From Roseibacillus sp. (GTDB taxonomy: Bacteria; Verrucomicrobiota; Verrucomicrobiia; Verrucomicrobiales; Akkermansiaceae), in the NCBI GenBank assembly GCA_965242925.1, contig CBDEUM010000017.1, positions 1-53,243 of the forward strand: 53,243 bases of DNA, in the 5' to 3' direction. Of the stretch, positions 29,279-39,482 are shown piece after piece. The first letter of the stretch is position 1, and every line of letters begins with the position of its first letter. A program made the position numbers and the translations under genes. The notes under the pieces are model-generated. The model did no database searches and was not told the DNA's origin. It saw only the letters and a program-made list of their open reading frames with translations.

Positions 29279-30730
29279 ATGAACAACCCCTCACGACGCG
29301 ACTTTCTCTGGCAATCAGGCGGCGGCCTGGGTGGCATCGCTCTCGCTTCCATGATGGGCAACGATCTTGCCCAAGGTGCCAGAAGCGGGGTCATCCATCA
29401 TCCGCCCAAAGCGAAGCGGGTCGTGCAACTTTTCATGGCGGGTGCGGCCAGTCACCTCGATCTCTTCGACTACAAACCGGCCCTCATCAAACACCACGGG
29501 GAGAAGTCGGATTTTGGTGAACACGTCGAGGCGTTTCAAAACGGGCTCGGTCCATGGCTCAAACCGTTCTGGGAATTCAAACCCCACGGAGGGAGTGGCA
29601 AGATGCTGGGCGAGACGGTCGCACCGCTCGGGGAGGTGATCGATGACATGGCTTTCATCCACAACCTGATTGGCAAGACCGGCGTACATAGCCAGGCGAC
29701 CTACCTGCAGGCGACTGGTTTCGATCGGCCTGGTTTTCCCGGGATGGGGTGTTGGGTGAGCTACGGTCTCGGGAGCATGAATGACAATCTGCCCACCTTC
29801 GTTGTTCTCCCGGACCATCGCGGCTTCGGATCGAACGGTCCCAAGAATTGGGGTGCGGCTTTTTTGCCGGCGCAGCATCAAGGGACGATCATTCGGCCGG
29901 GGACCGAGAATCCCATTGTCGATCTTCACCCACCTGCCACCGCGAAGTATATCACCGCGGGGGCGGAAAGTGACGGACAGGCCATTCTCTCCCGGATCAA
30001 TCGGGCTCATGCGGCCGAACGCGAAGGGGATTCGCGTCTTGAAGCGCGCATCAAGAGCTACGAGTTGGCTGCACGCATGCAACTTGCGGCCCCGGAAGCT
30101 CTCGATATCACCGGGGAGCCTGCCTACATCCGCAAGATGTACGGGCTCCAGGCCGATGGAAAGAAGTGGCCCAAGGAGATCAATGCGGTCGAGGAAGCGG
30201 ATCACTTCGGCCGCAAGTGCCTGACTGCGCGTCGTCTCTTGGAACGCGGAGTGCGCTTCGTGCAGGTCTGGTCGGGCTGCGACAACGGATTCCCGCGGCG
30301 CAACTGGGACAGCCACGAAGACATTCCGCGCGATCACGGACCGCTCTCGCGCGGCATGGCGATCGGAGCTTCGGCCTTGATCAAGGATCTCAAGCAACGC
30401 GGTATGCTCGACGATACCATCGTTCTCTGGACCACCGAATTCGGGCGCATGCCTTCCACGCAGGGCACGAAGGGACGCGATCATAACCCTTACGTCTTCA
30501 CCAACTGGTTGGCCGGCGGTGGGATCAAAGGGGGAACCACCCATGGGCAAAGTGATCAGTGGGGATACAAGCCACTGGATCGCGCCAATCCAACCCAGGT
30601 CTACGACATCCACGCAACCGTGTTGCATCTGATGGGGATCGAGCACAAGAAGCTGAGCTTCCGCAAAGACAGCATCGATCGGCGGCTTACCGATGTGCAT
30701 GGCCAGGTCATCAAGGAGCTACTTGCCTAG
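29279..30730 (+). CDS. DUF1501 family protein
   Basis: SRRDFL Tat motif, LFMAGAASHLDLFDYKP, ARRLLERGVRFVQ, WDSH, EFGRMP and GRDHNP. Confidence 0.92.
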   Translation: MNNPSRRDFLWQSGGGLGGIALASMMGNDLAQGARSGVIHHPPKAKRVVQLFMAGAASHLDLFDYKPALIKHHGEKSDFGEHVEAFQNGLGPWLKPFWEFKPHGGSGKMLGETVAPLGEVIDDMAFIHNLIGKTGVHSQATYLQATGFDRPGFPGMGCWVSYGLGSMNDNLPTFVVLPDHRGFGSNGPKNWGAAFLPAQHQGTIIRPGTENPIVDLHPPATAKYITAGAESDGQAILSRINRAHAAEREGDSRLEARIKSYELAARMQLAAPEALDITGEPAYIRKMYGLQADGKKWPKEINAVEEADHFGRKCLTARRLLERGVRFVQVWSGCDNGFPRRNWDSHEDIPRDHGPLSRGMAIGASALIKDLKQRGMLDDTIVLWTTEFGRMPSTQGTKGRDHNPYVFTNWLAGGGIKGGTTHGQSDQWGYKPLDRANPTQVYDIHATVLHLMGIEHKKLSFRKDSIDRRLTDVHGQVIKELLA

Positions 30731-31138
30731 GGTGCCTTCGCGAGTCAGCTTCGGGCGCCAACGCGAGAGACTATCGATTCCCAGTAGGCGAGGAGGGGAA
30801 GTGGATACTCATCCCCTACTGAGCCGGAACGACCTGAGAATCGATAAGATCTGCAACCTCTCACCTTCATCTGGCGAAGCGGAACGTGATCTCGCCGGAT
30901 ACTATCAGCTCGAAAAGTCCCGACTGAAATTCGTCTGTCCTGAACGGAGCGATGAGCAGATCGCGACTCCAGAGGTATTGATCGCCGATCAAACAGGGCT
31001 CGCCGCTCCTCCCCTCTCCCAATAGCCTGAAAGTCAGCACATTCCGTTGCAATCCAATTTCTGGACACTACGGGATTTGGCACTTCCCGCCAGAGAGCTC
31101 TTCTGGAAGCCTCCGCTACCTGACAATTTCCGGTCTCC

Positions 31139-31687
31139 ATGAAGCACTCTCCCGCGCGCGTCCTCCCAATTGTACTCGTCACGCTCCTCGCAGGTCTTGC
31201 CCCCGCCGATGAGGAGCCCACCTCAGAAGCGGTGCTCGATTTCTTCAAGAATCAGATCCCCGAGGCCTTCGTCATCCTGAAGCACGTCCAGGAGAATGAG
31301 CCGATCGACATCTACCAAGAACGATTCGATCATTTCTCCGACGTCTTCATCGAGTACCACAACCTGACTAAAGAAAAAGGGAAGAAGCACGCGGATTCGT
31401 ACCTGCAGGAGATCCGGCTCGACTGCGAAATCGAGGCCCTGACCCACAACTGGTACGCGCTTGCGGAAGGAGACCCCAAACGAAACGAGATCAGGCAGAA
31501 GCTCCGGGGCAAACTCCTTCAGCAGGTCGCGGTGGAGATCCGGCGTGGAGCATCGGATATTGCCGAACTGGAGGCCGAAATCGCCGAGATCAAGGAGCGT
31601 ATCCACGACCTCAAGACCCGCCCCCAAGCGGTGATCGACGAGCAGCTGGCCGAGGAGTTTGGGGAGGACAAAACGGAGGAAGACTGA
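31139..31687 (+). CDS. Hypothetical secreted alpha-helical/coiled-coil protein
   Basis: 182-aa ORF with a signal peptide and heptad-like C-terminus (IAELEAEIAEIKERI). Confidence 0.65.
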   Translation: MKHSPARVLPIVLVTLLAGLAPADEEPTSEAVLDFFKNQIPEAFVILKHVQENEPIDIYQERFDHFSDVFIEYHNLTKEKGKKHADSYLQEIRLDCEIEALTHNWYALAEGDPKRNEIRQKLRGKLLQQVAVEIRRGASDIAELEAEIAEIKERIHDLKTRPQAVIDEQLAEEFGEDKTEED

Positions 31688-31841
31688 TCCTCCCTTTTCC
31701 CCCGCAACCCCCATTTCCCCGCCCGCCGGTCCGGCCTCAGGGGCCTCCCTCCAAAAGCAAATTCCTAGCAGCGTGGAAATGTGTGTGGAGAATCTGTCGC
31801 GGTCTCCCTGGCATCCCCGCAAGTCGCTGGGGTTGAATCAA

Positions 31842-31861
31842 TTGCTCCTGTAGGGGAGCAA
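31842..31861 (-). terminator. Hairpin immediately 3' of tRNA-Tyr (possible terminator or processing stem)
   Basis: Inverted repeat ttgctcc-N6-ggagcaa; U-tract is weak. Confidence 0.35.
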
Positions 31862-31863
31862 GA

Positions 31864-31949
31864 TGGTGGGCAGGGAAGGATTCGAACCTTCGAAGGCGTA
31901 AGCCAGCAGATTTACAGTCTGCCCCGTTTGACCACTTCGGTACCTACCC
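31864..31949 (-). tRNA. tRNA-Tyr (GTA)
   Basis: Reverse complement gggtaggtaccgaagtggtcaaacggggcagactGTAaatctgctggcttacgccttcgaaggttcgaatccttccctgcccaCCA: cloverleaf, long variable arm, GTTCGAATC T-loop, encoded CCA. Confidence 0.97.
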
Positions 31950-32069
31950 TTAAAGTGCGGGGGCAGGGCATATGCCGGGGTCTTCTTACGCTCAAGCCTA
32001 AAATATCAGGGTGAATCGAAGCGCTCCGGCCTTGCATGAAGGAACCGGGGCCGTTAAAGCGCATACGTC

Positions 32070-33098
32070 ATGCCTATTGCGAGTCCTGAGCAATACCACC
32101 ACATGTTGGATGCCGCCCAAAAGGGTGGATACGCCTATCCCGCAATCAACATCACTTCCCTGACAACCGCCAACGGGGCCCTCAAGGCCTTCTCCGAGTC
32201 CAATTCGGACGGGATCATCCAACTCTCCTCCGGGGGAGGGCAGTTTGCCTCCGGGCTCGCAGTCAATGATGCGGCCTACGGATCCATCGTGCTGGCGGAG
32301 GCCGTCCACCGTCTCGCCGAGAAGTACGACGTCCTGATCGCCCTCCATACAGATCACTGTCACCCCGGCAAGGTGGACAGCTTCCTCCGGCCCCTTCTGG
32401 AGGAATCCCGGCGCCGGAAGGAAAACGGCCTGGCCCCTCTCTTTCAGTCGCACATGCTCGACGCCTCTGAACTGCCCCTGGACGAGAACATGGCCCTCTC
32501 GGTGGAGATCATGAAGGAGTGCGTGGACCTCGACATCATCCTCGAGGTCGAGGCCGGCGTGGTGGGCGGCGAGGAGGACGGGCACGACACCTCGGGCCTG
32601 CCCGCGGAAAAGCTCTACACCACCCCGGAAGACATGATGACGGTCTACGAGACGCTGAACCCGCTCGGGCGCTTCATGTTCGCCGCCACCTTCGGGAACG
32701 TGCACGGTGCCTACAAGCCCGGCGCGGTAAAACTCAAGCCCACCATCCTCCGGGACGGACAGAAGGCCGTGATGGACAGGCACGGAGAGGGCGCGGAAAT
32801 GGATCTCGTCTTCCACGGTGGGAGCGGATCGACCCTGGAGGAACTCCGGGAAACCCTCGATTACGGTGTGATCAAGATGAACATCGATACCGACACCCAG
32901 TATGCCTTCACCCGCCCGGTGGTGACCCATATCTGCGAGAACATCGAAGGCGTGCTCAAGATCGAGGGCGAGGTCGGCAACAAGAAGGTCTACGACCCCC
33001 GTTCCTATCTCAAGAAGGCCGAGCAGAGCCTCTGCGACCGCCTCAAACGCGCCTGCGATGACCTGCTTTCCACCGGGAACAGCATCTACCAGTCCTGA
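32070..33098 (+). CDS. fbaA: Fructose-bisphosphate aldolase class II
   Basis: AYPAIN, LHTDHC, FQSHMLDAS, GGEEDG, FGNVHGAYK, VFHGGSG, KMNIDTDTQ and YDPRSYL. Confidence 0.97.
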   Translation: MPIASPEQYHHMLDAAQKGGYAYPAINITSLTTANGALKAFSESNSDGIIQLSSGGGQFASGLAVNDAAYGSIVLAEAVHRLAEKYDVLIALHTDHCHPGKVDSFLRPLLEESRRRKENGLAPLFQSHMLDASELPLDENMALSVEIMKECVDLDIILEVEAGVVGGEEDGHDTSGLPAEKLYTTPEDMMTVYETLNPLGRFMFAATFGNVHGAYKPGAVKLKPTILRDGQKAVMDRHGEGAEMDLVFHGGSGSTLEELRETLDYGVIKMNIDTDTQYAFTRPVVTHICENIEGVLKIEGEVGNKKVYDPRSYLKKAEQSLCDRLKRACDDLLSTGNSIYQS

Positions 33099-33176
33099 CC
33101 AGAGGCCGGGGGACCAGGGTTGAAGGTCGCTGGTTGGGCCCTTTGACTTTCGCCTCTCCGACTCGTCCCTTCCCTC

Positions 33177-33980
33177 ATGTCTGAAATCGATGCCAGACCT
33201 CCGCAAGAAAACCCGCTGACCAACATCTTCGTCAACGTCCTGGTGCCCATCCTGGCCCTGACGATGATGAGTGATGACCCGGGGATCCTGGAACAGCTTC
33301 GTGCCGAGGGGGTAGATGCCAAGGAGCCCCGCCCGTGGCACCTCGGCCCGGTCAAGGCCCTGATCATCGCACTGACCCTGCCGGTCTGTTACGGAGTCTG
33401 GTTCTTCTGCAGACACCGGAAGCTCAACTTCTTCTCGGTGATAGGACTGGTCTCCGTGCTCCTGACCGGAGGCCTCACGCTCTACCTCTGGCAGGAGGAC
33501 GGAAGCGTCCGTTCGAATGCTCCCACTCTCTTCGGGATCAAGGAAGGATCCATTCCTCTCATTCTCGGACTCGCCATCTTCGGTTCACACTGGACGAAGA
33601 CTCCGCTCCTCAACACCTTCCTCTACAGCCCCCAGATTTTCGATATCGGAAAGGTCGAGCGCCTGGTGCACGAGAGAAATGCGATGGAGGGCTATTCCAA
33701 GCTCCTCTTCACCTGTACGCTCTTCTTCTCCGCTTCCTTCCTGATCAGCACCTTTGCCAACTTCTTCCTCGCCCAACACTTCCTTGGCGACATCGACTTC
33801 AATGACAAGCTGGAAGCGCGCCGGCAGTACAACAACGGGGTAGGCAAGCTCACCTTCTGGGGGTTCATCGCCATCGGGGTGCCCATCCTGGTGATCCTGA
33901 TGCTCGTGATGTGGCACCTCGTGAAAGGACTCAAGAAACTCACCGGTCTGGACACCGAGGAGATTCTCCTGCCACGCTAG
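33177..33980 (+). CDS. VC0807-like membrane protein (IspZ/YciB-related)
   Basis: ENPLTNIFVNVLVP, NFFSVIGLVSVLLTGG, IKEGSIP; multiple TM helices. Confidence 0.75.
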   Translation: MSEIDARPPQENPLTNIFVNVLVPILALTMMSDDPGILEQLRAEGVDAKEPRPWHLGPVKALIIALTLPVCYGVWFFCRHRKLNFFSVIGLVSVLLTGGLTLYLWQEDGSVRSNAPTLFGIKEGSIPLILGLAIFGSHWTKTPLLNTFLYSPQIFDIGKVERLVHERNAMEGYSKLLFTCTLFFSASFLISTFANFFLAQHFLGDIDFNDKLEARRQYNNGVGKLTFWGFIAIGVPILVILMLVMWHLVKGLKKLTGLDTEEILLPR

Positions 33981-33989
33981 CGACGCTCC

Positions 33990-34280
33990 TCAGCCCACTA
34001 AGTTGTCGATGCGCCGAGCCAGTTCGAAGTCCTTCCCGGTAAGAGCACCCTTGGAATGCGTGGTCAGGCGCAGGGTTACCCGCAGATAGTGGATATTGAT
34101 GTCGGGATGATGCCCGGCGTCCTCGGCAATCCCGGCAACCTCATTGACGAAATCGATCGCCTCGGGAAAGGACTCAAATTCAAAGGTCCGCCCGATCTCT
34201 TTCCCGTCCAGTTCCCAGACAGGGCAACGAGCGAGGCGATCGGCGAGATCTGCAGCGGTGCATTCGTCTGTTGTGTCCAT
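33990..34280 (-). CDS. phhB: Pterin-4-alpha-carbinolamine dehydratase
   Basis: FEFESFPEAIDFVN, AEDAGHHPDI, LTTHSKGALTGKDFELARRID. Confidence 0.93.
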   Translation of the reverse strand: MDTTDECTAADLADRLARCPVWELDGKEIGRTFEFESFPEAIDFVNEVAGIAEDAGHHPDINIHYLRVTLRLTTHSKGALTGKDFELARRIDNLVG

Positions 34281-34398
34281 GGTCGATAATCTGTCACCGG
34301 GCCAGCGCAGCTGGCAAGACGCTTCCGGAGACGAAAAACAGATGCATCGGGAAAAATCGGAGATAGACTTACCTGCAGAAGGAAGACCTCACGGATTC

Positions 34399-34869
34399 AT
34401 GACCACTATTCTCCGGATCCTCGCCCTCCTGGCCACCGCAACCGGTTGTCTCGCCACCGTGAGTTGCACGCTGGGCACCCCGCAGGCTCGCATTAACCGG
34501 AATCCCTCCCTCTACGATTCCCTTCCCGACAGTCACCGGGAACTGGTAAACCAGGGACGCATTGCGAAAGGCATGTCACAATCCGCGGTCCATCTCGCCC
34601 TGGGACCTCCCAACCGGAAGATCCAGGGCTTCCGCGACGATGCCTCCTTTGAGCGCTGGGACTACACCCGCCTGCAACCCCATTTCCATCATTCGTTCCA
34701 CAGCTACCAGGGATTGAGCAGCTATGGCGATCGTTATCACGGCTTCGGTTTCTTCCCTGCGGTCGGGTATCTCCCTTACCGGTCCGCCAGTGTGACCTTC
34801 CGGAAGAAAGTGGTCGATTCCTGGGAGCGCCTCGATCCCGAGCACTTTTCCCATCGCTACAGCCATTGA
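34399..34869 (+). CDS. Putative lipoprotein (SmpA/BamE-like motif)
   Basis: Lipobox-like TVSC; GRIAKGMSQSAVHLALGPP and ERWDY. Confidence 0.7.
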   Translation: MTTILRILALLATATGCLATVSCTLGTPQARINRNPSLYDSLPDSHRELVNQGRIAKGMSQSAVHLALGPPNRKIQGFRDDASFERWDYTRLQPHFHHSFHSYQGLSSYGDRYHGFGFFPAVGYLPYRSASVTFRKKVVDSWERLDPEHFSHRYSH

Positions 34870-34978
34870 GATTGCGACGGCAGGGACCAGCAGCAATGGT
34901 CGCTCCCTTCCCGACACCGAAAGCTTGAATTCTGTCCAATCGAGAGCCTAATGCAGACCGGACGAGCTGATCAATTTC

Positions 34979-35662
34979 ATGCCCCTCATGAAAAAACTAC
35001 TTCTTCTTTCAGTGGCAGGCGCCTGTCTTGCCCTTGTCTCGTGCTCGACATCGTCTGGAGTCCGCGGTGGATCCGGCCGCTACGCAGCCTACGATCTCCC
35101 GGCCGCCAAGGCCTCAAACCCGTCCCGGGTCAGGGTCAAGGTCTCCATCAGAAATCAGGCGGCCTACGTCATGGAGGGCAATCGTCCGCTCCTGGTCATG
35201 CCGATTGCGGTGGGAACCTCCAGCAGTCCTACTCCCCAGGGCAACTTCCGCATCTTCAAGAAGGAGCACAAGCACCGCGCCAACAGCCACGGCTATGCCT
35301 ACAACGGCAACTCGGTGATCCAGACCTGGCTCTCCAAGAAGCCCGCCGGATGGCAATTCAAGGGTACTCCCATGCCCTACTGGTGTGAATTCAAGGCCAA
35401 CTACGGGTTCCACACCGGCTGGATGAAACCCTACCCCTGTACCCACGGCTGCCTGCGCATGCACGAGAACGTGGCCCCCAAGTTCTACAGCCTGGTCCGG
35501 GTAGGCACCCCGGTGAGTGTCAGCACCACCCAGCCGGAGGACGCAACCATCGGTCGCAACATCCCCCGGCCTCCCGATGCCGGACAGCTTCCCGATTATC
35601 CGCATTCCTTCTACCTCGGCACCGGCTACTTCACAAAGCACCGAACCCCCAGCTACCGGTAG
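34979..35662 (+). CDS. L,D-transpeptidase (YkuD family) lipoprotein
   Basis: Lipobox LVSC; PTPQGNFRI, MPYW, YGFHTG and THGCLRM catalytic motif. Confidence 0.9.
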   Translation: MPLMKKLLLLSVAGACLALVSCSTSSGVRGGSGRYAAYDLPAAKASNPSRVRVKVSIRNQAAYVMEGNRPLLVMPIAVGTSSSPTPQGNFRIFKKEHKHRANSHGYAYNGNSVIQTWLSKKPAGWQFKGTPMPYWCEFKANYGFHTGWMKPYPCTHGCLRMHENVAPKFYSLVRVGTPVSVSTTQPEDATIGRNIPRPPDAGQLPDYPHSFYLGTGYFTKHRTPSYR

Positions 35663-35708
35663 AAAGAGCTTCTCTTTCCCGGTCCCACCCTGTCCGGCAG
35701 GTTTCAGC

Positions 35709-36338
35709 TCATGCCGGGGCCTGATTGATGGCGAGGAGGACGGCGAGGGTCAGGAGTCCGGCTCCAAAGGCGGAGTCGAACCAGGGACCGGCCCGCTGGT
35801 AGCCGTTGCGGAAGAGCGGGAACTGGAGCAGCCAGACGTAGAGCCACCAGAGAAAAAAACCCTGCCCGACGATGATGATCCACAAGACGGGAGCCCACCA
35901 GACGGGACGATCCCCGGTGACAAATTCGGTCACTACCGCTGCGAAGATGATTGCCACCTTCGGATTGAGAATATTGCAGAGAAGACCGCGCACGTAGGCG
36001 GATCGTCCCTTCTCACTGCCCCCTTCCCCGTGAGGCCTCCCCTGACGCATCACAACAAAAGCGGTCGGCAACAGGCGAAATCCGAGGTAGGCGAGATAGC
36101 CGACGGCCACCCAGCGAAGAGCCCCGGTGACCCATCCGCCCTGCGCCATGAGGTAAGCCATTCCGAAGACTGCCACGGTGGCATGCACACACAGTCCGGT
36201 GGTGATTCCCGCGGTTGTCCACCATCCGGCAGAGCGCCCCTGTGCCAGGGCCGTGCGAGTGATCAGCAGCATGTCGGGCCCCGGGCTGAATTGCCCGAGC
36301 GCTATCACGCCCGCAAAGGCCAGAAGATCGCTGATCAC
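35709..36338 (-). CDS. LysE/RhtB family amino-acid efflux protein
   Basis: SPGPDMLLI, YLAYLG, GLLCNILNPK; likely GTG start at 36338. Confidence 0.9.
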   Translation of the reverse strand: MISDLLAFAGVIALGQFSPGPDMLLITRTALAQGRSAGWWTTAGITTGLCVHATVAVFGMAYLMAQGGWVTGALRWVAVGYLAYLGFRLLPTAFVVMRQGRPHGEGGSEKGRSAYVRGLLCNILNPKVAIIFAAVVTEFVTGDRPVWWAPVLWIIIVGQGFFLWWLYVWLLQFPLFRNGYQRAGPWFDSAFGAGLLTLAVLLAINQAPA

Positions 36339-36646
36339 GCGGGGAGGAGAGCAGTCGGAGCCTCCTCCTGCAATGTCAACGACGACCCAATAGGGGGCAG
36401 GACGGGAACCTGTTCGCCCGGACCCGCTCAATTTTCCCCATCCACGGCAACCCCCGGGGAAAGGGAATGCGGTGAGCGGATGCTGCCTGCCCCATGCATC
36501 AGCACCTTTCGTTCTTTGACAATTTCCCCGGAATTCCTACCCTGCCGGTCCCCAAGGCAAGGAAGCAGGCAACGGGCGATTGGCAGCTCTCTTCTGACAG
36601 TTCCCTGACCTTCCTCCCCTGGCACCTTCCGTCAATTGATTCTCCC

Positions 36647-39427
36647 ATGGACACCCTCCGCACTTTCCCCACCGGCTCCGGCTCCGAGGGACAATTCTAC
36701 TCTCTCCCCGCCCTTGCCGAGCAGGGATTCCCGGATCTCCCGCGCCTTCCGGTCTCCATCCGGATTGTCCTTGAATCCGTCCTGCGTAATGTCGACGGCA
36801 AAAAAGTCACGGAGGAGGATGTCCGGAACCTGGCCAACTGGAAGGCCGGGGCGCCCGGCAACTATGAAATTCCCTTTACGGTCGCGCGTATCGTGCTGCA
36901 GGACTTCACCGGAGTTCCCCTCCTGGTCGATGTGGCCGCCATGCGTGACGCTGCGGTGAAGCAGGGCGCGGAAGCGGACGCCATCGAACCCCTCGTACCG
37001 GTCGATCTGGTGGTCGATCACTCCGTGCAGGTCGATTTCGCGGGTTCTCCGAAGGCGCTCGACCGCAACATGGAAATCGAGTTTATCCGAAATCGCGAGC
37101 GTTACGAGTTCCTCAAGTGGGGCCAACAGGCCTTCGACACCTTCGCGGTCGTTCCCCCCGGGATCGGGATCGTCCACCAGGTCAACCTGGAGTATCTGGC
37201 CAAGGGGGTCCTTTCCAGGGACAGCGTCTACTATCCCGACACTCTGGTCGGCACCGACTCACACACCACCATGATCAATGGAGCTGGCGCGGTGGGCTGG
37301 GGCGTGGGCGGAATCGAAGCGGAGGCCGGCATGCTCGGCCAACCAGTCACCTTCCTCGTCCCGGAAGTGGTGGGTGTCTGCCTGCACGGTCAGCTGACGG
37401 AGGGAGTCACCGCCACCGACCTGACCCTCCACCTCACGCAGATGCTGCGGGAGCACGGCGTGGTGGGCAAGTTCGTCGAATTCCACGGCCCGGGTGCGCA
37501 GGACCTCCCCCTGCCTGACCGCGCCACCATCGCCAACATGGCGCCGGAATACGGGGCCACCATGGGTTTCTTCCCGGTGGACGAGGAAACGATCAACTAT
37601 CTGGCGGGCACGGGACGCGACCCCGCCCTCTGCGAGACCGTCCGGAACTACTTCCAGGCCCAGGACATGTTCGGCATCCCGGACAAGGGAGCATGCGACT
37701 ACACCGATCTCCTGGAACTGGACCTGGCCTCCATTCGGCCCGCCGTCTCCGGTCCGAAACGTCCCCAGGATCGCATCGAAGTAACCGACCTCCGCGAGCG
37801 TTTCGACGAACTCTTCACTACTTCCGCCACCGAGGGAGGTTTCGGCGAGACCGCTGACAACCGCGACACCCGCATGGCTGTACACCTCGACAGCCCGGCC
37901 GGCGAATTCGACTCTCCCATCCTCGAGAACGAGACCATCACCGCGATCGATACGGACACCTCCATCGGCCACGGATCGATCCTCATCGCCGCCATCACCA
38001 GCTGCACCAACACCTCCAACCCGAGTGTCATGCTGGCCGCCGGGCTCCTGGCGAAAAAAGCGAACGAGAAGGGCCTTGCCATTGCGCCCTATGTGAAAAC
38101 ATCCCTGGCGCCCGGTTCCCGCGTGGTAAGCGACTACCTTGACGCTACCGGCCTGAGTCCGGAGCTCGACAAGCTCGGCTTCCAGACCGTGGGCTACGGA
38201 TGCACAACCTGCATCGGCAACTCGGGTCCACTCCATCCGGCTATCGAGTCCGCGCTCAAGGAGGGAGATCTCGTATGTGCCTCCGTCCTTTCCGGAAACC
38301 GCAACTTTGAGGCCCGGGTCCACGGCGCGGTCCGGGCCAATTTCCTCATGTCCCCTCCCCTGGTGGTGGCCTACGCCCTGGCCGGAAGGGTCGACCTGGA
38401 TCTCACCACCGAACCTCTCTCCAGCGATGAGGACGGTAACCCGGTCTTCCTGAAGGACATCTGGCCCTCGCATGCCGAGGTCAGGGAACAACTGGAGGCG
38501 GCCCTCAACCCCGAGGTCTTCAACAAACTTTACGACGATTTTGATTCCGCCAATCCCAAATGGAGCCAGATCCCGGGCAAGGCAGGCGCCACCTACGAGT
38601 GGGACGAAACCTCTACCTATATCCAGCACCCTCCCTTCTTCGATGGCTTCACCGGGACCCCGGGCGACATCGTCAACATCGTCGATGCCCGCCCGCTGGG
38701 CATTTTTGGTGACTCGGTCACCACCGACCACATTTCTCCCGCCGGCGCCATCACGGAGGATTCCCCGGCCGGAAGTTATCTCCTCGAACAAGGGGTGGAG
38801 AAAGCCCAGTTCAATTCCTTCGGTTCCCGGCGTGGAAACGACCGGGTGATGACCCGCGGCACCTTCGGTAACGTGCGGATCAAGAACCTCATGGTCCCCG
38901 GCTCGGAAGGGGGCTACACCGTCTACCATGGAGCGGGGGAGGTTCCCGACCTTGCCCTGCCGAAAACGACCGACGGAGGAACCGCCACCCATATTCATGA
39001 TGCCTCCCAGGCCTACCAGGCGGATGGCACCTCTCTCGTAGTGATCGGCGGCAGTGACTATGGCATGGGGTCCTCCCGCGACTGGGCCGCCAAGGGCACC
39101 CGTCTCCTTGGCGTGCAGGCGGTGGTCACCAAGTCCTTTGAGCGCATCCACCGATCCAATCTGATCGGCATGGGCGTCCTGCCGTTCAACTTCGTCGATG
39201 AGGCTGACTATGACAAGGTCGCGGACCTTCATGATGCCACCTTCTCGATCACCGGGCTGAGCAACGATATCGCCCCCCGGAGCGAGGTCACCCTTACCGC
39301 CACCAGCGCGGATGGATCCACCATGGAGGTTCCGGTCGTGGTCCGCCTGGATACGCCGGTGGAGATCGACTACTACCGGGCGGGTGGAATTCTGCCCTAC
39401 GTCCTGGCCCAGATTCTCGCAGGTTAA
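36647..39427 (+). CDS. acnA: Aconitate hydratase A
   Basis: [69 protein letters not shown] and [10 protein letters not shown]. Confidence 0.97.
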   Translation: MDTLRTFPTGSGSEGQFYSLPALAEQGFPDLPRLPVSIRIVLESVLRNVDGKKVTEEDVRNLANWKAGAPGNYEIPFTVARIVLQDFTGVPLLVDVAAMRDAAVKQGAEADAIEPLVPVDLVVDHSVQVDFAGSPKALDRNMEIEFIRNRERYEFLKWGQQAFDTFAVVPPGIGIVHQVNLEYLAKGVLSRDSVYYPDTLVGTDSHTTMINGAGAVGWGVGGIEAEAGMLGQPVTFLVPEVVGVCLHGQLTEGVTATDLTLHLTQMLREHGVVGKFVEFHGPGAQDLPLPDRATIANMAPEYGATMGFFPVDEETINYLAGTGRDPALCETVRNYFQAQDMFGIPDKGACDYTDLLELDLASIRPAVSGPKRPQDRIEVTDLRERFDELFTTSATEGGFGETADNRDTRMAVHLDSPAGEFDSPILENETITAIDTDTSIGHGSILIAAITSCTNTSNPSVMLAAGLLAKKANEKGLAIAPYVKTSLAPGSRVVSDYLDATGLSPELDKLGFQTVGYGCTTCIGNSGPLHPAIESALKEGDLVCASVLSGNRNFEARVHGAVRANFLMSPPLVVAYALAGRVDLDLTTEPLSSDEDGNPVFLKDIWPSHAEVREQLEAALNPEVFNKLYDDFDSANPKWSQIPGKAGATYEWDETSTYIQHPPFFDGFTGTPGDIVNIVDARPLGIFGDSVTTDHISPAGAITEDSPAGSYLLEQGVEKAQFNSFGSRRGNDRVMTRGTFGNVRIKNLMVPGSEGGYTVYHGAGEVPDLALPKTTDGGTATHIHDASQAYQADGTSLVVIGGSDYGMGSSRDWAAKGTRLLGVQAVVTKSFERIHRSNLIGMGVLPFNFVDEADYDKVADLHDATFSITGLSNDIAPRSEVTLTATSADGSTMEVPVVVRLDTPVEIDYYRAGGILPYVLAQILAG

Positions 39428-39482
39428 ACGAGCCCGTCTGTTCGACATTGCCTGCCTTCTCCGTTATAGAGAAGGAACCCCC

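Larger units (their letters stand above)
7281..31863. mobile_element. Putative decayed genomic island integrated at tRNA-Tyr (no integrase visible)
   Basis: Bounded by the tRNA-Tyr 3' end and its degenerate direct repeat. Cargo is accessory-type, and core genes resume immediately 5' of the tRNA. Confidence 0.6.

Noticed and set aside
37259..39448. Long antisense ORFs (e.g. 729 aa opposite acnA; also 17369-19321, 19672-21432, 26516-28303, 29315-30700)
   Set aside because: Shadow ORFs caused by high-GC codon bias opposite well-supported genes; no recognisable motifs.
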